From a virus: a stretch of 64,000 nt of DNA. A program made the position numbers and the translations under genes. The DNA is taken from IMG/VR virus record IMGVR_UViG_3300027749_000046. One strand, given 5' to 3'. Below are positions 55,307-63,579 of this stretch, piece by piece (positions within the stretch are counted from its first letter, which is position 1; the number at the start of each line of letters is the position of its first letter). The notes below the pieces were generated by a model. It had not been told where the DNA came from and ran no database searches. It saw only the letters and a program-made list of their open reading frames with translations.

Positions 55307-56305
55307 TTATTGACCAACTGATTGTATAGCGCTATCCACATTCTGTATTACTCTAGCTCCAAGGGAGCCCGAGGCGCCTATGTTCTGTTCTGCTCCTTCT
55401 ATATCGTCTGAAGTCCAGATCTGAACTTCTTGAAATGATATAGAGAGCTCTATTGTAGTCGGCGCATTGCTTGTTACAAAGAACGAGGGTGTTGGATTTG
55501 GTGAGTAGTTGATGACTATGCCTGTAACTACAGCGGGCTTAAACTTATACATGTTATCGCCTTCTGGAGACAGCGATATATTGACCATGTCTGGAATAGT
55601 GAATATAGGATTACCTGCTACTATAGTTGGAAGGGAGTGTTTCTTAAATGTGTTTATTATATTACGAAGAGAAGCTGTTTCTTCTATACTCTGCGGATTA
55701 AATCTCCACTTGAATGAGTGGGACTTTAGATCCATACCCTTAAACAATAGAGTTAAGTAGGGATTCTGAGCTACGCCGAGATCTTGAAGTACGGCCCCAG
55801 TAAGACCAGGTGCAGCAACTGAAGCAGCTATAATACCACCATATACGCCTAATCCTGCTACGGTAACAGCAACATCTTTAGCAATACCCTTATAATCGTA
55901 TGAGTCGCCAGATCTATAGTGCTCTAGACCGCCGTATTTATTTTCTACTGTATCTAGAAGATAACCGGCTGCGCCGAGTTCCGTCGCAGAGTAGCTAGGC
56001 TTATAACTATCCACTAGATTATTTGGTATTGGAAGAGCCACGCGGGGACCAGAAACTGTTCTAATTGGATCTTTTGCAGAAGCTCTATTATATGCAACAA
56101 AGCTAAAGAGCATCTTATACTTACCAATATCTGATGGAAAGTAGTCAACCGCGCCGCTGCTTGTATTATTCACAACTACATTAGGGTCTGAGTTGTTATT
56201 ATTTTTGTTTATACCGGTATTATACACGGTATTATTATTGGTGGGAGGATTCACCGTTGGCGATTGTATATTGTGAGCTGCTAGTGTTATATCGCCCGTG
56301 ATCAT
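55307..56305 (-). CDS. gp48: Baseplate tail-tube cap (gp48-like)
   Basis: ALPIPNNL.D, NPYLTLLFKGMDLKSHSFKWRFNPQS.EE, INYSP, LSISFQE. Confidence 0.8.
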   Translation of the reverse strand: MITGDITLAAHNIQSPTVNPPTNNNTVYNTGINKNNNNSDPNVVVNNTSSGAVDYFPSDIGKYKMLFSFVAYNRASAKDPIRTVSGPRVALPIPNNLVDSYKPSYSATELGAAGYLLDTVENKYGGLEHYRSGDSYDYKGIAKDVAVTVAGLGVYGGIIAASVAAPGLTGAVLQDLGVAQNPYLTLLFKGMDLKSHSFKWRFNPQSIEETASLRNIINTFKKHSLPTIVAGNPIFTIPDMVNISLSPEGDNMYKFKPAVVTGIVINYSPNPTPSFFVTSNAPTTIELSISFQEVQIWTSDDIEGAEQNIGASGSLGARVIQNVDSAIQSVGQ

Positions 56306-56316
56306 TCTGGTTCCTT

Positions 56317-56324
56317 AATAAATA
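56317..56324 (+). promoter_or_regulatory. Late promoter (AATAAATA) for gp4
   Basis: Ends 6 nt before the gp4 ATG, in the 24-bp divergent gap. Confidence 0.7.
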
Positions 56325-56329
56325 GTGGT

Positions 56330-56770
56330 ATGGCTCATAAAGGATTCTTTAAACCTAGAAACCCCTCTAAATACAGGGGAAATCCATCTAACATTATTTA
56401 TCGGTCCGGCTGGGAACTTAAGTTCATGATGTGGCTCGATGAGCATAAAGACGTGTTTGAATGGAGTTCTGAGGAGTTCTTTATACCCTATCGCAGTCCT
56501 GTAGACGGAAGAATACACAGGTACTTTCCGGACTTCTACGTGAAGAAGAAGAGCGCAGACGGTAAAATAGAGAGTCTAGTCATAGAGGTAAAACCCCTGC
56601 ACCAGACGCAAGAGCCAAAGAAGCAGTCTAAGCCCTCGAGAAGATACATCAATGAAGTCATGACTTGGGGAGTAAATGAATCAAAGTGGAAGGCCGCTAA
56701 TGAGTACTGTCTAGATCGCGGATGGCAGTTCAGATTAATAACCGAGAGAGAACTAGGAATTAAATTCTAA
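56330..56770 (+). CDS. gp4: Head completion nuclease (gp4, TnsA-like)
   Basis: FKPRNPSKYRGNP.NIIYRSGWE, WSSEE..IPY.SPVDGRIHRYFPDF, IEVKP, NESKWKAA. Confidence 0.95.
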   Translation: MAHKGFFKPRNPSKYRGNPSNIIYRSGWELKFMMWLDEHKDVFEWSSEEFFIPYRSPVDGRIHRYFPDFYVKKKSADGKIESLVIEVKPLHQTQEPKKQSKPSRRYINEVMTWGVNESKWKAANEYCLDRGWQFRLITERELGIKF

Positions 56771-57375
56771 TGGCAGAGTATTCATTTCAGTCACTAGCGC
56801 AAAAGGGCTCATCGGGAGCAAAGACCCCGAGCTCTATGCAGGCCACCAAGTGGTTTGGTGACGTCGCGAAGAGCATAAACAACGTCAACATAAGTAAGCT
56901 GCAGAAGTCTGAGCCGGGAAGACTCGTAGACAATATAACCAGCAGCTCAATAGGCCGCATGTACTCGTTCTTCTATGATCCAAAGCTCAAGCACACACTA
57001 CCCTACTACGACAGGTATCCTCTCGTATTTCCAATCGAGCTCTATAGCGATGGCTTCCTGGGAATAAACATGCACTATCTACCGCCGTTTCTACGCGCAA
57101 AACTGATGGACGCTCTCTATACTACTATAAATAATACTAAATTCGACGATACGACTAAGATAGTAGTTTCTTATAATATACTCAATGGCGCTTCTAGATT
57201 TAAGTACTTTAAGCCGTGTATAAAGAGATACCTACACAGTCACGTAAAGTCAAAGTACATGGACATAAGTCCAACACACTGGGATATGGCACTCATGCTG
57301 CCGACAGAGAGATTCGTAGGGGCTGACGCTGGAACCGTTCAGGGTGAATCAGCAGACAAGATAAGCAGGAAGTAA
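56770..57375 (+). CDS. gp2: DNA end protector protein (gp2)
   Basis: GRMYSFFYDPKLK..LPYYDRYPLVFP, GINMHYLP, KPCIKRYL. Confidence 0.93.
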   Translation: MAEYSFQSLAQKGSSGAKTPSSMQATKWFGDVAKSINNVNISKLQKSEPGRLVDNITSSSIGRMYSFFYDPKLKHTLPYYDRYPLVFPIELYSDGFLGINMHYLPPFLRAKLMDALYTTINNTKFDDTTKIVVSYNILNGASRFKYFKPCIKRYLHSHVKSKYMDISPTHWDMALMLPTERFVGADAGTVQGESADKISRK

Positions 57376-58127
57376 TGCCAGTAAGTATCAACCAGTTCAA
57401 GTCAAATCTCCAGCAGGGAGTTCTCGTTCCCAATAGGTTCGAGGTGACTATAACTCCCGGCAGCCGAGTGTACAATAGTCTCAATAGGGCTGTATTCAAT
57501 CGCGTGTCCGGCTCAAACATTAGATTCTTTATCAACGGCGTTAATCATCCCGGTATATCAGCTCTAACCACAGATACTATGAGATATGGGTATGGTGTGC
57601 CGCAGAAGATGCCTTATGGAGTAAGATACACCGACCTATCAGTTTCTGCATTGATAGACAATGACGGCAAGATTCTAAATATGTTTAGAACTTGGATGAA
57701 GATGGTAGTCAACTATGACATACCAGAGAATCAAACTATAAATGATCGCACGGGCGTTAATCCTCAGCATAATCCATATGAGGTGGCTTATCACGATGAG
57801 TACACAACTAATCTCAGAATAAGTGTCTATGATACTAGCGATTTTGTCGTATCTGAGATCAACTTTGTCGAGGCGTATCCTATATCTATTGGAGACATAG
57901 GCCTAAACTGGAATGCAGGTAGTCAAGCTCTACTTTCAGTTACATTTGCCTACAAGTACTGGTATGGTTCGGGAAACAGCGCGCTTCCTATAAACAACAG
58001 TACCGGCAGTATTAAAGTAAGACTTGCTGGAGGTGACCAGCCTCAGCCGTCGAGCGATACCATACCCTATCCTGGATATAATAAATTAATATCGCCTATT
58101 CAGGGAACACCTATACCACCACCTTAA
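57375..58127 (+). CDS. Tail-tube-family baseplate initiator (gp54-like)
   Basis: gp19-like signatures PNRFEV, YPISIGDIGLNW, LSVTFAYKYW; position before gp26. Confidence 0.7.
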   Translation: MPVSINQFKSNLQQGVLVPNRFEVTITPGSRVYNSLNRAVFNRVSGSNIRFFINGVNHPGISALTTDTMRYGYGVPQKMPYGVRYTDLSVSALIDNDGKILNMFRTWMKMVVNYDIPENQTINDRTGVNPQHNPYEVAYHDEYTTNLRISVYDTSDFVVSEINFVEAYPISIGDIGLNWNAGSQALLSVTFAYKYWYGSGNSALPINNSTGSIKVRLAGGDQPQPSSDTIPYPGYNKLISPIQGTPIPPP

Positions 58128-58142
58128 TAATGGAGCTACATA

Positions 58143-58853
58143 ATGCCTCTACCTAAGATTGAGCACCCAATACTCGAGTGCATACAACCTTCTACAAACA
58201 AGCCTATAAAGTATCGTCAGATGCTGGTAAAAGAAGAGAAGATTCTTCTCATGGCAAAAGTATCGGACAACATCGCCGACATATACACCAGTATCAAGCA
58301 GGTAGTAAACAACTGCGTTCTAGAAGATAAGTTCGATGTAGACATGATACCGATCTTTGATCTTGAGTTTATCTTTCTAAAGATCAGGGCGGCTTCAGTA
58401 GACAACATCGCTAAGATAAGCTTTAAGGATAGCGAGGACGATAAGGTATACGACTTTGAGATTAATCTCGATGAGATCAAGGTGGTGTTTCCAGATAAGA
58501 TCGATCGCGTAGTAAAGGTAAACAAGCAGGTCGGCTTTACACTGAACTATCCAAACGGCAAGCAGTACGACAACATGGACTTCTTGACTGAGAAAGATAG
58601 AGCCTTTGAGCTCATGGTCATCGGCTGCATAGATAAGATCTTTGATGGAGATGAGATCATCGATCCGATAACCACTCCTAAAGAAGAGCTCTTTGAGTTC
58701 ATCGAGAGTCTAGACACAAAGACCTATGATAAAGTCAGAAGCTTCTTATCGTCAGTTCCATCAATCAGCCATACTCTTAATTATAAGAATTCACTCGGCA
58801 ATAAAAAAGAGATAGTGCTGAATACGTTAACTGATTTTTTTACGTTTCGTTGA
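58143..58853 (+). CDS. gp26: Baseplate hub assembly protein (gp26)
   Basis: MPLPKI..P, PST.K.IKYR..LVKEEKILLMA, FDLEFIFLKIRAASV; ends LTDFF. Confidence 0.9.
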   Translation: MPLPKIEHPILECIQPSTNKPIKYRQMLVKEEKILLMAKVSDNIADIYTSIKQVVNNCVLEDKFDVDMIPIFDLEFIFLKIRAASVDNIAKISFKDSEDDKVYDFEINLDEIKVVFPDKIDRVVKVNKQVGFTLNYPNGKQYDNMDFLTEKDRAFELMVIGCIDKIFDGDEIIDPITTPKEELFEFIESLDTKTYDKVRSFLSSVPSISHTLNYKNSLGNKKEIVLNTLTDFFTFR

Positions 58854-59026
58854 GTCATAATACACTAGATAATTACTACAAGACTATATTTGCTTTGACT
58901 CAACATCATAAATACTCTATTAGTGATTTAGAGAATCTCATAGTATTCGAGAGAGACATATATGTAGATATGCTCTCGAAGTATCTAAGAGATCTAGAAG
59001 AGAGGCAGAGCAAGAAAAATGGGTAA
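58841..59026 (+). CDS. gp51-like small ORF not in the track; probably made as a -1 frameshift extension of gp26
   Basis: Manual translation YVSLSHNTLDNYYKTIFALTQHHKYSISDLENLIVFERDIYVDMLSKYLRDLEERQSKKNG*; no ATG or SD at its 5' end; lies in the -1 frame from the T7 run at 58835-58841. Confidence 0.8.
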   Translation, partial: YVSLSHNTLDNYYKTIFALTQHHKYSISDLENLIVFERDIYVDMLSKYLRDLEERQSKKNG

Positions 59027-59486
59027 TCCTTTTGTAGACGAAGATGACGCTAACGCATCTCCGACTGTAGTGCTAAACAGCGCCGTAAGTCCATCTACTA
59101 TTATGGCTCAGCAGACTGTGCAGATGGCGTCAACTCAGGCCACTGCTCAGGCTCAAGCTTCTGTTGGTCTGGCTCAAGCAAATATTGACAATAAAGTCGT
59201 AGATGCTCAGCTGCAGAAGGAAGATGAGCACTGGGTAAAGTCATATTGGAGACCAGCAATGGGCTGGCTCTATATGGCTATCAACTTAATGGACTTCATT
59301 GTATTTCCCGCCATAAGCATGTTCATTCCGATTGTATATAAGGCATTTGGCGTGCCACTTGGTTATACCGCTTGGGTTCCACTGACTCTATCTAACGGTG
59401 GATTGATTCATCTTTCGTTTGCTGCTATTCTAGGCGTGGCTGCATACACCCGCGGGCAAGAGAAGCTAGCAAAAGTGAGCTCATAA
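59019..59486 (+). CDS. Holin-like membrane protein (GTA holin 3TM family)
   Basis: WRPAMGWLY...DFIVFP...W.PLTL..GG..H....AILGV.AYTRG.EK with hydrophobic segments. Confidence 0.75.
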   Translation: MGNPFVDEDDANASPTVVLNSAVSPSTIMAQQTVQMASTQATAQAQASVGLAQANIDNKVVDAQLQKEDEHWVKSYWRPAMGWLYMAINLMDFIVFPAISMFIPIVYKAFGVPLGYTAWVPLTLSNGGLIHLSFAAILGVAAYTRGQEKLAKVSS

Positions 59487-59489
59487 GAC

Positions 59490-61046
59490 ATGGTGGACAT
59501 ACCGGGCGGTATCTACAGGACAGTAACTGGTGCCGCCAAGGCAGTTGGCAGAGAGACTCTCGCCGGAGTAGTAGGTCCGCGCGGAGCCGACGCACTTATA
59601 AGAAACTTCTCAAGCGCAGCTGCTACTAACACGAGCGCCATGCAGGGAGTTATGCGCGCTGTAGTTGAGTCTAATAGATTAAACACTCAGATCTACAAGG
59701 AAGTTCGCTCTCAGAGTGTTCTTCTCGACAGCATGAACATGAATATGCTGGCGATAAAGAACGGCATAGCGAACTTGACATATCAATTGTCCGGCGGTGG
59801 AAATAGATCTACCAATGTAATATCACAGAGTGGAAACTCGGAAGACACAGGTCTGCTGGGTATGATTACATCTGGCGCAGTAGACTCTGTGGTACCAATT
59901 ATTGTTCCAGTTGTAGCCGCCGTGCTGGCCGGAATATTTGGGGCTAACTATAAAGATATAGTAAAATACTTAAAAAAAGACCCCTATGAAAAAGGCGGTA
60001 GCACAGGTCAAGAATCTCGTACTCGCAATAACTACGCTCGCGATCCAGAGACCGGTCAGTACTCAGAAGAAGCATTTAAGAAAGAGACGACAAGACCGGG
60101 TTTCAATCCCGACAACTTAGTATATGACTACAATAGCGATGTTAAGTCGGGTGCACCAGTTCCCCCTTATATAGAGAAGTACGTTGAGCAGCTCAGAGAC
60201 GAATCCAAAAAGAGGGGAGAAGAAACTCCTAAGTCAAGTACAAACTTAGGATTTAAGCAAGATATCTCTCCGACTCCATCACCCGATACGACAAAGTCAT
60301 CTGTTCTGGGCATGCCTATAGAGAGAGTCCATGAGCTCTATAAGAAGTTTGGTGCGCCCGGTCCATCTGGTTCAAATGGAATGCTTCCCGATAACGCTCT
60401 GACTACAGTAGATGGAACTAAAGCAGAATCAGCAACTGCCGCAGACTATCTCAAGATGAAAGAAGCAGCTGCGAAAGACGGCGTAAGCTGGGGTAAGCCG
60501 AGCGGTTATAGAACTTACGACGAGCAGGTAGCACTCGCTGAGCAGAAAGGAATATACGGGCACGGCGGACTGGCCGCTACTCCTGGAAGATCTAACCATG
60601 GTCTCGGCATGGCCTTTGACCTAAGCGGTATGAACGACAAGGCCTTCAAGTGGCTTGAGCAGCATGGTACAGACTATGGATTTAAGACTATACCAGGAGA
60701 AAAGTGGCACTGGGAGCATACAGCACAGAGACAAGCCGCTCTTGGAACAGGCGCCAGCAGGCAGGCGAGCGAAGAGTCATCAAGCAAAGTTGCAATGCTA
60801 GAGCCGGGCAATAGTACTGGCGATAATATAGCGAGTAACTCTATAAAGAGAGAAGAACAGCAAGCAGTATCTCCTTCAGTTATCATGCAGAGTTCTGCGT
60901 CCGATACAGATCACGCGAGAGCCAATCCTATAATGCCAAAAGGCGCAAATGATCCAAGTCCACACAGCGTGCCGGATGTGCATAGTAGGTCCATCATAGC
61001 GAGTCTGTTTGGCATGGACGCCGACCCTAGACTAGGAACTGCATAG
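59490..61046 (+). CDS. Tail/baseplate (gp29/tape-measure position) protein with M15 (VanY-like) peptidase domain
   Basis: SGYRTYDEQ...AATPGRSNHGLGMAFD...WL..HG..YGF....E.WHWE; one TM-like segment near the N-terminus. Confidence 0.8.
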   Translation: MVDIPGGIYRTVTGAAKAVGRETLAGVVGPRGADALIRNFSSAAATNTSAMQGVMRAVVESNRLNTQIYKEVRSQSVLLDSMNMNMLAIKNGIANLTYQLSGGGNRSTNVISQSGNSEDTGLLGMITSGAVDSVVPIIVPVVAAVLAGIFGANYKDIVKYLKKDPYEKGGSTGQESRTRNNYARDPETGQYSEEAFKKETTRPGFNPDNLVYDYNSDVKSGAPVPPYIEKYVEQLRDESKKRGEETPKSSTNLGFKQDISPTPSPDTTKSSVLGMPIERVHELYKKFGAPGPSGSNGMLPDNALTTVDGTKAESATAADYLKMKEAAAKDGVSWGKPSGYRTYDEQVALAEQKGIYGHGGLAATPGRSNHGLGMAFDLSGMNDKAFKWLEQHGTDYGFKTIPGEKWHWEHTAQRQAALGTGASRQASEESSSKVAMLEPGNSTGDNIASNSIKREEQQAVSPSVIMQSSASDTDHARANPIMPKGANDPSPHSVPDVHSRSIIASLFGMDADPRLGTA

Positions 61047-61047
61047 T

Positions 61048-62559
61048 ATGGCAGATTCACCAGGTGGGCTATATAGGACAACTACTGAAGATCAAATATC
61101 CTCTGCAACAAAGAGCTTTGCGGGACAGACAGCTTCATTTAGAAATGTATCTAGCGCTGTTACCACATCTAATAGAATAACTAATCAGGTCTATAAAGAA
61201 GTCAGAAATAATACCGCTCTTCTCAATAGTATAAACTTGAATATGATAGGTCTAAAGAACGGCATAGCGAACTTGAGCTATCATCTCTCTAGACAGACGT
61301 CAAATAAACCTGATACAATTGGTTCACAAAAAAGAGAAAATGGAAGAGGAATCACAGAGTACCTCATACCTGTTGCCGCTGGTGTTATAGCAGCTCTGGG
61401 ACTATCTTCTACTACAACTAATGCCAAAGACGATAAACCGCCACCAGAGAGCAGTGGTTCTACTGCGTCGCCTGATGTCAAAAAAAGTGATGTGCCGTCT
61501 GACGTTAAAAAGAGTGACACAACTGGACAAAGTATTCCTGCGCCAGAGGGTAGAACAGAAGCTCCAGCCGCAGCGCCTGTAAAGTCTCAGCCTGCTCAGT
61601 CGCTGCAAACACCAGCGAGTAAAGCGCCTGATGCAGAGAAAGTACAGCAAGCTCCTGCAGTGCCTGCACCAGCAAGTCCATCTGTACCCCCTATAGCTGC
61701 AACTCCACTTCCGCCTCTCAAAGAAGCTAAATCAGAGAAACCAGCGCCAGTTCAAGGGCCTCATACTCCTGGATCTCCATGGAATAAAGATCGTATAGAG
61801 GGAAAAGATATCCCTCCGCCCGCAGAGAAGCCAGTTCCTCTCCCTCCTGTAAGACCGCCAGAAGAGAAGAATGAGCCAGTTAAAAAAGATAAAGCTGCTG
61901 GTGATTCTAATTTAGTACGCATGAATAAACGCACATATGTGGGTAAGCCTGAATTTATATCCGCATCAGACATACTCAGCTATCTCATGGGTAAGACTGA
62001 TAGAGTTCATGCAATAGGTATCATTGCAAACATGGAGCGCGAGTCGAGCTTCAGTCCAAATGTTCTTGGGGATGATAAAACATCAGGGGGACTATTTCAG
62101 CACCATCTTGATAGATTCAAAGCGATGAAGGACTACGTGGGTCCAAACTGGACTAGTGATTGGAAGAAGCAGATCGACTATGCCTTCAATGAGAAACAAA
62201 TGAATGATTATCTGGCTAAGAAATTCAAGAATAGCGAGGCCGCGGCTTCTGAATTTGTTGATATATTTGAACGTCCTAAAGATGGGACAAAGGCAAAAAG
62301 CGGTGCTATAGCAAACGCAAAGAAATACGATAAGTCATCTGATGCTGGAGATACTCTCAATGATAGGTCTATGAATACAGAGGCTAATAGAACTGCAATG
62401 GCAAACAGACCCATCGTACTTCCTGTTCCAAGCCAGAGAGGCACGCAGATGACTGCCAATAGAGGTTCAGGCTCTGGAAGATCTGGTAGAAGTAATCCAC
62501 TCTTTGCCGGTGAGATCATCGGTCATCTGTTTGGATTGGATGACCATCAGGCTGCATAA
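61048..62559 (+). CDS. Paralogous tail protein with phage tail lysozyme-like domain and Pro-rich linker
   Basis: AIGIIANMERESSFSP...GLFQH...R...QIDY...E...AA..F...FERP; N-terminus paralogous to 59490..61046. Confidence 0.8.
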   Translation: MADSPGGLYRTTTEDQISSATKSFAGQTASFRNVSSAVTTSNRITNQVYKEVRNNTALLNSINLNMIGLKNGIANLSYHLSRQTSNKPDTIGSQKRENGRGITEYLIPVAAGVIAALGLSSTTTNAKDDKPPPESSGSTASPDVKKSDVPSDVKKSDTTGQSIPAPEGRTEAPAAAPVKSQPAQSLQTPASKAPDAEKVQQAPAVPAPASPSVPPIAATPLPPLKEAKSEKPAPVQGPHTPGSPWNKDRIEGKDIPPPAEKPVPLPPVRPPEEKNEPVKKDKAAGDSNLVRMNKRTYVGKPEFISASDILSYLMGKTDRVHAIGIIANMERESSFSPNVLGDDKTSGGLFQHHLDRFKAMKDYVGPNWTSDWKKQIDYAFNEKQMNDYLAKKFKNSEAAASEFVDIFERPKDGTKAKSGAIANAKKYDKSSDAGDTLNDRSMNTEANRTAMANRPIVLPVPSQRGTQMTANRGSGSGRSGRSNPLFAGEIIGHLFGLDDHQAA

Positions 62560-62582
62560 AAAAAGGGGGCCGAAGCCCCCTT
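62557..62582 (-). terminator. Rho-independent terminator for gp32, between convergent genes
   Basis: Minus strand reads AAGGGGGC-TTCG-GCCCCCTT followed by a T run; C(UUCG)G tetraloop. Confidence 0.9.
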
Positions 62583-62586
62583 AATC

Positions 62587-63501
62587 TTACCTAGCTGCTA
62601 GGTTCTTAAAGAACTCAAGACCCTCGTCATCTTCCTCGTCCAGCTTAGGCGCTGGAGCCGCCTTGAACTTAGGCGCAGGGGATTCATCCTTCCACGGGAG
62701 GTCGTCGTCCTCGGCCTTCGTACGGGCGATAGCGCGGGCTCCAGATGCAGAGCCGTCGGTACCGAGAACCTTGGCCAACTTGGCCGAGAGCTCCTCGTAC
62801 GTCTTGAAGTTCGACGGCGCGAGGAACTCCTGAAGAGAGCTCTCTTGCTTCCACAGTCCCTCGAGCTCTGAGTCGTCCTGCAGGAGAGGAGCTGACTTAG
62901 CGAACTCAGACTTATCGTAGTTGCGATAACCCTCAACCTGACGAATCTTGAGCTTGAAGTTCGCGCCGGCCCAGAAGTCAAACGGGTTGACCGCCTCTTC
63001 GTCTTGGAACTGTGGGTTCATCAGCTCGTTGAGCTTGTCGAAGATCTTCTTGCCGTACTTGAACAAGAATACCTTGCCCTCGTTATCGGGATTGCCCGGA
63101 TCGTTCACGACGTAGATGTTGCTGATGAAGTGAAGGCGGCGCTTCTGCTTGCGCGCGACTTCCTTGTCGGACTCAAGGCCAGAGTTCCAGAGCTTTGAGT
63201 TGTGCTCAGAGACTGGATCGTTCTTGCCGATAGTCGTGAGTGAGTTCTCGATGTACCACGTGCCGGTCGGGCCTTGGAAACCGTGATCCCAAACGCGAAC
63301 GAAGGGCATGTCTTCATTTGGAGGTGCTGGGAGGAAGCGGAATACGGCATAGCCATTGCCCGCCTTGTCTACTGTCGGCGACCAAAAGCGATCGTCCGAC
63401 TTGCGTTCCTGCTGATTAGTTGCAAGCTTGCTGAGGTCTGCTGCGAGCTTGTCGAGTCCAGACTTGCCGGACTGCTTCTTGAGTTGTGAAAAGTCTACCA
63501 T
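62587..63501 (-). CDS. gp32: Single-stranded DNA-binding protein (gp32)
   Basis: DDRFW.P.VDKAGNGYAVFRFLPAP, WYIENSLTTIG..DPV, FKYGKKIFDK, GANFKLKIR, acidic tail; start MVDFSQLKK has SD GGAG. Confidence 0.97.
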   Translation of the reverse strand: MVDFSQLKKQSGKSGLDKLAADLSKLATNQQERKSDDRFWSPTVDKAGNGYAVFRFLPAPPNEDMPFVRVWDHGFQGPTGTWYIENSLTTIGKNDPVSEHNSKLWNSGLESDKEVARKQKRRLHFISNIYVVNDPGNPDNEGKVFLFKYGKKIFDKLNELMNPQFQDEEAVNPFDFWAGANFKLKIRQVEGYRNYDKSEFAKSAPLLQDDSELEGLWKQESSLQEFLAPSNFKTYEELSAKLAKVLGTDGSASGARAIARTKAEDDDLPWKDESPAPKFKAAPAPKLDEEDDEGLEFFKNLAAR

Positions 63502-63565
63502 TGTATTCTCCGTATGTTGCGATGTATTTTCGTATGTATACACTGAGCTGAATGTCGCTCAATAT

Positions 63566-63573
63566 TATTTATA
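63566..63573 (-). promoter_or_regulatory. T4 late promoter TATAAATA upstream of gp32
   Basis: Exact consensus just after the gp59 stop. Confidence 0.7.
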
Positions 63574-63579
63574 CTATCA

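Noticed and set aside
63502-63543. Longer gp32 start in the ORF track (and METQ start at 6281 for the gp67-like gene)
   Set aside because: Downstream ATGs at 63501 and 6269 have proper GGAG SD sequences, and the gp32 one matches the family N-terminus
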